From: Escherichia phage ES
Strand: one strand, 5' to 3'
Sequence record: OR466728.1
Length of the DNA stretch: 48,315 nucleotides
A program made the translations under genes and the position numbers. A model generated the notes under the pieces. It was not told where the DNA came from. It saw only the letters and a program-made list of their open reading frames with translations, and did not search any database. Below, in pieces: positions 46,562 through 48,315 of the stretch. The number at the start of each line of letters is the position of its first letter. Positions within the stretch are counted from its first letter, which is position 1.

Positions 46562-46563
46562 AC
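46546..46563 (+). promoter_or_regulatory. dyad box copy 18 (CAGCACGAATAGCTAAAC, degenerate)
   Basis: perfect TATAAT 22 nt downstream; spacer hairpin GGCA/TGCC; ATG of 46618 is 72 nt downstream. Confidence 0.45.
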
Positions 46564-46617
46564 ACCAAAGGCATGGATGCCATATAATTTATATATCAAA
46601 CAGCGAGAGGTTAGAAA

Positions 46618-46854
46618 ATGTTCGGATTAGAAGACGCATACTTTAACGCAGTCAAGCGACAGGCTGACAAGCTGAATGAAGAGTACGGCAAGCTGGGTGT
46701 AAAGAAGAAAGATGATAAGGTTGTGGCGGCACTGATTACCCAGGTTTGGGGGCCAGTTTCGACATTAATTGCTCGTGATAAGTTTGTGTGGATTGCTGGC
46801 TATCGAAAAGGTCGAGTGGGTCATGATGAGAATGGGAATAGCCTTTATGAGTAA
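46618..46854 (+). CDS. hypothetical protein
   Basis: 78-aa ORF, RBS GAGAGG. Confidence 0.45.
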   Translation: MFGLEDAYFNAVKRQADKLNEEYGKLGVKKKDDKVVAALITQVWGPVSTLIARDKFVWIAGYRKGRVGHDENGNSLYE

Positions 46855-47098
46855 AGATTTTCAGGAATTTTTAGAAAGCATAGCGATAGGTATCTTTATT
46901 GGTTTTGTGTTCATGGCGGTCCTGACGGTGGTATGATGAGTGTACTAATCTAGTGGTGGTCTAAGTATGAATGATATTATTATTGATTTAGTGTTAACTT
47001 TGATTGCTGTTGTTCTTGCTATTGCTACAGGTGCAGGGATGCTTTTACTTGTAATGAGACTTTCTTAATGGATGTTGATAAGAACAGGAGCCATATGT

Positions 47099-47290
47099 AT
47101 GAATGAAAACGACAATAACCACAAGCATCGCTACGTTTACGTGTTCACATCAAATATTAACGATTTTGACATTAAAGCGCTAAACGACAAGTACCATGAG
47201 TCAACAAAACAAAGTCTATTTGTTGGTGAAAGCTGTTCATTCTACGAGTGCAAAGATTGTGGCAAGATGCTTATAACTGAGGAGTTTTGA
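47099..47290 (+). CDS. hypothetical Cys-containing small protein
   Basis: 63 aa from ATG 47099 (RBS AGGAG); C-x4-C-x2-C near C-terminus. Confidence 0.4.
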   Translation: MNENDNNHKHRYVYVFTSNINDFDIKALNDKYHESTKQSLFVGESCSFYECKDCGKMLITEEF

Positions 47291-47487
47291 TGAATAAAAT
47301 TATTAAGAAAGGCGATGCTATCAAGTGCACAAAGGCAGTATCGGATGACTTCATGGATGGATGCGATTACCAGGTCGAAAAGGTATCGAAGACTGGCCAC
47401 GTATTCTGCTACAGCGATAATGGCGAATTGGTGAGCATTGACTACCCGTATGACCAGAATTATGGGAAATTCGAAAGAGTAAGTTGA
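47287..47487 (+). CDS. hypothetical protein
   Basis: 66-aa ORF, ATGA overlap with upstream stop. Confidence 0.4.
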   Translation: MMNKIIKKGDAIKCTKAVSDDFMDGCDYQVEKVSKTGHVFCYSDNGELVSIDYPYDQNYGKFERVS

Positions 47488-47675
47488 CACATCTAACCCT
47501 GACTGGTACATTAACAACTGTAGACAGACGAGGCCACCAAGTGGCAACGGCGCACGGAGCGCAACACAAAGTCCATAGCTCACTAAGCAGCGTATATGGC
47601 GAAATCGGTCGAGAAACTCGACGCTGGAAGCGTAACCAGCAATCCTTCAATAGCGCAATCGCTACTCAAGGATTT

Positions 47676-47751
47676 GTTCTGCTGGCGTAACAGGATAACG
47701 CAAAGACCTCCTAAGTCTTAGTTACTGGTTCGAGTCCAGTGCGGAACACCA
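47676..47751 (+). tRNA. tRNA-Arg (anticodon CCT)
   Basis: hand-folded cloverleaf: 7-bp acceptor GTTCTGC/GCGGAAC, D-arm GCGT/ACGC with GG loop, anticodon loop CTCCTAA, T-arm ACTGG-TTCGAGT-CCAGT, discriminator A, encoded CCA. Confidence 0.8.
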
Positions 47752-47782
47752 AATTAAGAAACCAATAATCCTGGGGGATTAA

Positions 47783-47995
47783 ATGAAAAAAGTAACAATC
47801 ATCGTAAAAGATATTGAAAGCGGCACTTCCCAAAAATTCAACGCAACACTTGACCGTGAACATAAATGCTTAAAGGGTGTGATTGGCGGGGTTTCAGTTA
47901 GCGCGGATATTAAAGGTTATCTCGAGCTTGAAAGAGAAATTCAAAACTATAGCAATCAGAGCGGGAAGATAAAAAATGCAGCTCTGGGATGTTAA
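47783..47995 (+). CDS. hypothetical protein
   Basis: 70-aa ORF, RBS GGGGGA; last gene before the junction with position 1. Confidence 0.45.
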   Translation: MKKVTIIVKDIESGTSQKFNATLDREHKCLKGVIGGVSVSADIKGYLELEREIQNYSNQSGKIKNAALGC

Positions 47996-48004
47996 GCTTT
48001 CAAT

Positions 48005-48160
48005 CTGCTTCCTCTGAGGACTTAGCAGTAACCGACGCGATAAATTCTTGAGTGCAACTTTTGCAACTACGACCCATTAATCGGATTGAAAGCTTAACAT
48101 CCCAGAGCTGCATTTTTTATCTTCCCGCTCTGATTGCTATAGTTTTGAATTTCTCTTTCA
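48005..48160. other. 156-nt fold-back: reverse complement of the end-to-start junction (probable assembly artefact)
   Basis: 48005-48082 is the exact reverse complement of 1-78; 48083-48160 is the reverse complement of 47929-48004 plus CC. Confidence 0.7.

Positions 48161-48315
<155 letters not shown>

Noticed and set aside
805-46563. Dyad box as a sigma54 promoter (TGGCAC-N5-TTGCW)
   Set aside because: Only 3 nt separate CAC from TTGC instead of 5, the first element is TAGCAC not TGGCAC, and a -10-like hexamer lies 22 nt downstream; the geometry does not fit sigma54.
805-46563. Dyad box copies as a CRISPR array or other tandem repeat
   Set aside because: Copies are dispersed over the whole genome at irregular intervals and are tied to gene starts, not arranged as a repeat-spacer array.
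47651-47664. TAGCG-CAAT-CGCTA palindrome upstream of the tRNA as a promoter box
   Set aside because: 4-nt spacer, and the tRNA starts only 12 nt downstream with no -10 element; at most a degenerate relic.
47484-47690. ORF 47484-47690 (68 aa) and antisense ORF 47351-47650
   Set aside because: Both overlap a well-formed tRNA-Arg cloverleaf, have no RBS and atypical composition; treated as non-coding.
48005-48160. Terminal inverted repeat as a hairpin telomere (N15-type linear prophage)
   Set aside because: It is followed by a 155-nt poly-G run typical of sequencing artefact, it reproduces the internal end-to-start junction, and no protelomerase-like gene is evident.

Overview
The window is essentially one unit-length (~48.0 kb) genome of a T1-like siphovirus (Drexlerviridae-type), probably of an enterobacterial host, assembled as a linearised circle. 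Coding content, all read from the sequence without database searches: a plus-strand packaging/head/tail module (small terminase, HNH endonuclease, large terminase, portal, protease-scaffold, collagen-like protein, major capsid, connector proteins, major tail protein, G/GT chaperones with a -1 frameshift, tape measure, lambda-like M-L-K-I-J); a minus-strand lipoprotein plus putative receptor-binding protein; a recombination module (exonuclease, Erf, SSB); a minus-strand tail fibre, primase and HTH protein; a DExH helicase interrupted by an intein with a LAGLIDADG endonuclease domain; a T1-type lysis cassette (holin, SAR endolysin, unimolecular spanin); and an early region of small ORFs with a tRNA-Arg(CCT). 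The strongest candidate for an undescribed system is non-coding: an 18-nt dyad box (TAGCAC-N3-TTGCTAAA and variants) present at least 18 times, almost always about 22 nt upstream of a -10-like hexamer and 70-83 nt upstream of a start codon, often overlapping the stop codon of the preceding gene. Related TTGCA-N5-TGCAA palindromes are clustered at 42808-42899, and two homologous AT-rich control regions lie about 20 kb apart. The last ~310 nt (inverted copy of the end-to-start junction plus poly-G) look like an assembly or sequencing artefact. Coordinates of short motifs may be off by 1-2 nt.
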